Shown: one piece after another, positions 60,001-64,000 of the stretch
How the letters are laid out: each line of letters starts with the position of its first letter
How positions within the stretch are numbered: position 1 is the stretch's first letter
Assembly (NCBI GenBank): GCA_001179505.1
Contig: CDMY01000312.1
Coordinates: 62,001-126,000 of the forward strand
From: Vitrella brassicaformis CCMP3155
Lineage: Eukaryota > Protista > Chromerida
Length of the DNA stretch: 64,000 nucleotides
Direction: 5' to 3'
Notes under the pieces: model-generated
The model's input: only the letters and a program-made list of their open reading frames with translations
Database searches by the model: none
What the model was told of the DNA's origin: nothing
Made by a program: the position numbers and the translations under genes

Positions 60001-62281
60001 AGAAACGCAGAGAGCGTCTTGCAGTAGCCAGGGGGATAATACCTGCACTCATCCACACAATCAAAGAGACAGAGAGAACAGGAGCGATCTCCTTGAACGG
60101 TCCCTCTTTCCCTTCTCCTTCTCTCTGGTCTCACCCAGCCCTTGCGAATGCCATGACCATCGACACAGTGTCCCGCCTGTTCGGCTCGCTCGTGTCCCCC
60201 ACCCTCTCCCTCTCCCTCTCTCTCATGCGCCCAAGATGGTACGCCAGCCGCCTCTCGGCCTCGTCGGCCGCCCTCTCATACAGCACAGACACACTGTCCT
60301 GATGGCCGCCTCTCGCGTAGCCGTATCCCAGCACAGAGAAGCCCCACACAAGGTTCTGCAGTGGCTGGTGGTGGAAGGTGGAGAGCATCTTGGTGCCGTC
60401 CCGGGCAACGCGCTGGCACAGGTGGCCGACGGGGCCGTGCTTGAGGGACGCTAATTGGCCGGGCGAGAGGTGGCTTGCGAGGACGGCGAGGCCCCATATG
60501 GTGTTAGACATGTTCTGGGGGATGGCGCCTTCCAATGGGTAGACGTCAGAGCTCGCGAAGGACGCCAGCCTGCACACAGACACACACAGGGGTGCAGACA
60601 TACATACACGCAATGCAAGGAGGTTGGCTGGTGCGCTCAGACATACCAGTTGACGAGATGGGCTGGCTCGGCCCATTCTGGCGGGTCTGCCGGGTTGACG
60701 TCCTCGATGAGCCTGCCGTACGCCCACATGGTGTTGGAAAAACACTGGGGGGTGAGGGAGGCGATTCGCGTGAGCAATGATGACTGGATCGCCAGCAGCA
60801 GGGACGGATGGCCCAGATACTGTGAATGGCCAAACGACCTGAGCCAACAAAATAGGATGGACAGATGGTTCCCGGCGATTCAGTTTCACCTCACCAAAGA
60901 AAGCTCGTGAGGCTTCTTGTCGAGAATCCGTCAATCAACGGCATGGCGGCCTCGGCCATGCGGTGGTAAAGCCTCTCCCCTACCTCTCCCGTCCTTCGAC
61001 ACACACTGAGTCGCGCCAGGCCCCATGCAGTGTCGGTCAGCTGCATGTGGTTGAAGACGATCGACGGCAGCAGGGCGTCGAGGGACCGGCAGAGCGATGC
61101 GATCGACGTCGGGGCAGACACGGCCTGACACGGACAGAGATGGGAAGGAGAGCATGTCATGGCTGCAATCGACGTGTTGCTCTCTGTCATCCTCACCCGA
61201 TATTTGTAGTCCGGGTCGTCGTCATCTTGCTTCGGTGACAGGCAGTATCGGAACTTCCCCAGCCCCCACACCATCGTCGACACGTCCAATGGCTTCACGC
61301 CACCACGCCCATGTCTTTCCCTCTCCACATCTCGCAGCGTCGCCGACACCTTCTCCGTTGCCCACCCACACGCGTCGACCAGTGCGGCCTTTCCCTCGTC
61401 TGCCTTGGTGTCCTTGTGCCACTCGGCCACCTTCGCCAGCGCCCACACGAGGTTGGCCGCATCACGAGTGTCCCACCGAGAGTCTTGTGGACGGCTCTCG
61501 TCCATCTTTCTGAGCAGTGCAGTCGCTTCCAGGAGGATTGCCGTGATGGGCCGCCTCCACCCATCGAGGGAAGAGGATGCCTGAAGGACGGCCGTTGCCG
61601 ACCGGTCGAAAGGGGGATGACGGTCGTTGTGGGGCATCAGCGGCGAGCCATAGAGCCGCACAATCCCGTATACACAGCGGATGACCGCCCCTCTGCTGAC
61701 CGAAAAAGCGCTGCCGACCCGTTCACACGAATTCTCCAGGGACCGATGAATCGCCAGAAGCAGTTCAGCCATGCTCTCTTTATCACGATCATCAACACGC
61801 TGAGCTGACGCCGACAGCTGCATTAGCCGATGCAGAGCGGATGCAGCAAAGGGCAGGCTGAGAGGGATGGTCGAGGCTGGCGAGAGGTTGCCCGACAGGT
61901 GGTCAAAGACCTGGTCGATGGAGGAGGCTGCCGAGAGGTCAGCTTTTGGCCGCAGAGCCCGCCCATCGATTCTGCGTTTGCTGCCGCCGTTGGCAAAGGC
62001 TGGGCGGCGGTCAGAGAGGACCGTGACAGGGCGCCCCTTTGGCGCGTCGAGGACATCTGTTGCATTCATTGACACACACACCAGAGACCACTCATCCACG
62101 CTGCAGATCTTTTCATTCATGTGTCAGTGTGGGTGCTGTTTATGTCAGTCCATCCATGCGCACCTGTGATCTTTGGCTGTGTGTGGAGATCTGCATGAGC
62201 AGAACTTGATGACGATGCGAAGGCGCGATGTCGCGAAGCAGAAAGACGGAAAGAACGTACAGCTGGACGCAATGGATGCAT
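57028..62281 (-). CDS. Mitochondrial-leader + HPR/OPR-like helical repeat array + C-terminal RluA-family pseudouridine synthase (single spliced gene)
   Basis: Leader MHPLRPAVRSFRLSASRHRAFASSSS. At least 11 repeats like LTPQCFSNTMWAYGRL and FAPRDLATIAWAYGTLG (period 37-38 aa). A phase-0 64-nt intron at 58472-58535 joins these to VLYESPLWWVLYKP, IAHRLDADTSGALIVAK, KEYLCLVHG, LITGRTHQIRVHL, YPLVGENRY, RLFLHC. Confidence 0.85.
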
Positions 62282-62446
62282 CCTTCCCCTCGAGCGGGTC
62301 TGCTTTCCCTCAGATGCGCCGATGGCGAAAGACCGTGAGCTCAGCGAGCTCAAAAAAACGGTGCAAACATTTCAAGTCGACGACTGACGTAATGCACATG
62401 CATTCAGGCAAGGAACATGAATGCATGTGAAACCGCTTCCGCTGTG

Positions 62447-63831
62447 ATGACGAAGCGTGCCCGCACAGAGGGCGCGTCGGCTGCTTCGGCGGCCTCACTC
62501 TCCCCCTCCCTCTTCCTCAAGGTGCTTGATGAGGCGGGCAGTGCGGTGGCGGACTACATCTGTGCAGCGGACCTGTATGCCCTCCGCCTGACCTCCCGCG
62601 TGGCCACACAGCAGCTCACCGACAACTACCTCGTCCAGCGCATCAACCGGTGCATCACCGACCAGCAGATAGGCGGCGTGCTGACCTTCGACGCCAGCTA
62701 CCAGCCGGGCGATGGCGAGGCCACGCCGCGGATGGCCTACTTGCTGCAGCTGCTGTGCGTGTTGGAGGATGGCGGGCAGTGGGCCGGGTGGGTGGGCCCG
62801 ATGCGCATCGCCCGACACGGCCGGGTCGTCGAGTCGCTGCCCATCACTGTGAGGCCGGCGGACGTGCGGCGTGTGGGGTCCAAGGCGGTGTTTGACGGCC
62901 GGGCGGACAGCCTCAAGCAGTACAGCCTCTTCGGCCACCTGCTGGGGCAAGATGAGGCGATGGCCCTCAGACAGATCGACGGCGTCGAGCAGCTGGGCGA
63001 CACGGTGGTGACCGTCTACACGCAGCAGACCCTCTCCGCCACCCATGAATTCGCCGGTTCGTTCGACTGAACGGACCCCATCGTGAGAGGTGAGAGCGAG
63101 ACGAGAGGGACGATGCACATGGCATAGCAGGGCGATGCTCCTGTGTGGTCAATGATGTGTGTGCGTTTGTGCTGCCATCAGTGAACAACGAGATGGATTA
63201 CATGAGTTTCCGACACCTGGTCGTCAAGCGGTAAGGCGACGCCAGAAGCCACCCCCACACACATATGGATGATCCGTCTGTGTGCCTCTCTGCCTAGTTT
63301 TCCGTCTCACGAGCGAAGCATGTGTCATCGCATGATCAACGGCGCGTCAGCACAGGCTCGGTGGCAGCGAGCTGTCGATCTGCTGACCCAAGTAGGTTAA
63401 TGGCGTGGCTCGACAGATGGCTATCTCCGTCAACGCACCTCCTTGTGTTGCAGGCCGCCATCCCCTGGGGTCGCCAGACCAGGACTGTAGACAACGGCCG
63501 GCGGAGCGGCTCCATCTACCTGTGCGGAGGGGGCCAACACGACACCTTCGCCGCTCTCATGTACATCGACAACTTCTACTACGTGGCGACGATCGACCTC
63601 TACACAACTGAGACGCCGCAGCCAGACCAGGAGGGCCCCTTCCGCTTCCCCCAGACCCTCCAGCTGGCCCGCCAGCTGCTGGGCAAAGACGACGAGGAGA
63701 CCCTCTTCGGGGACCTGACGATAGAATTCCTGCGCTTCGGCCAGTTCCATTCACTTCTTCATTTGGAAGCCAAATTGGTGGAAGAAGCCGTGATTAGATA
63801 CAACGCGCGACGAAATTCATCTAAGCATTGA
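62447..63831 (+). pseudogene. Repeated-family (F-box-like) copy B with an in-frame TGA at 63068-63070; inverted paralog of 33037-34456
   Basis: Same exon structure as copy A. Codon CCG (Pro) of copy A is TGA here, 6 codons before the first splice donor; downstream exons remain open. Confidence 0.65.
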
Positions 63832-64000
63832 TTCGGGGAGGTGCTCTGCCAGGTATGTGTCCGTGTCTGTCTGCCTCCCCTCCTCCTGCCAGTTCCGTGT
63901 GTCAGCGAGGAAATCCACAGGGGCTCATGCGCGGTTTGGTCAAGGCCAAGGGCAAGGCAGCCTAGCCAGATGCGATGCATGTTGATTATGCGGGCAGTGT

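Noticed and set aside
63068-63070. Selenocysteine recoding of the TGA
   Set aside because: The paralog has Pro, not Cys, at this position; there is no redox motif and no recognisable SECIS.

Overview
Intron-rich, GC-rich eukaryotic nuclear DNA. Short spliceosomal introns are packed with (GT/CA)n, (GA)n, (GGAT)n and (GTCT/GTCC)n microsatellites, and bipartite plastid-type leaders are present. The style points to a photosynthetic alveolate (chromerid, probably Vitrella-like); this is an inference. I can support about 18 multi-exon protein genes plus one probable pseudogene and one tRNA-Leu(UAA). Recognisable products: Deltex-like WWE-WWE-RING-DTC ligase; ankyrin + coiled-coil + six-C2 protein; WD40-like protein; plastid-type FabF and RsmH in a very tight head-to-head pair; SET8-like methyltransferase; HDAC-fold deacetylase; FIBP; RING-H2 ligase; degenerate MoxR-type AAA protein; type I glutamine synthetase; and two inverted paralogs of an F-box-like family. 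Most notable: (1) an apparently mitochondrion-targeted array of 37-38-aa helical repeats (HPR/OPR-like) spliced in frame to an intact RluA-family pseudouridine synthase; (2) a myristoylation-motif RING-H2 ligase with three tandem p97/CDC48 N-subdomain-like repeats, an MIU-like motif and an NPF motif; (3) a spacer-less palindrome/foldback element upstream of glnA, entangled with assembly gaps and a 1626-bp-offset duplication; (4) a non-coding array of YGAAA-N3-TGCG-like motifs at about 30-bp period near 3.65-4.03 kb. Six gaps of exactly 300 N limit certainty. Exon boundaries were inferred by eye from GT-AG sites and reading-frame continuity; no database search was run.
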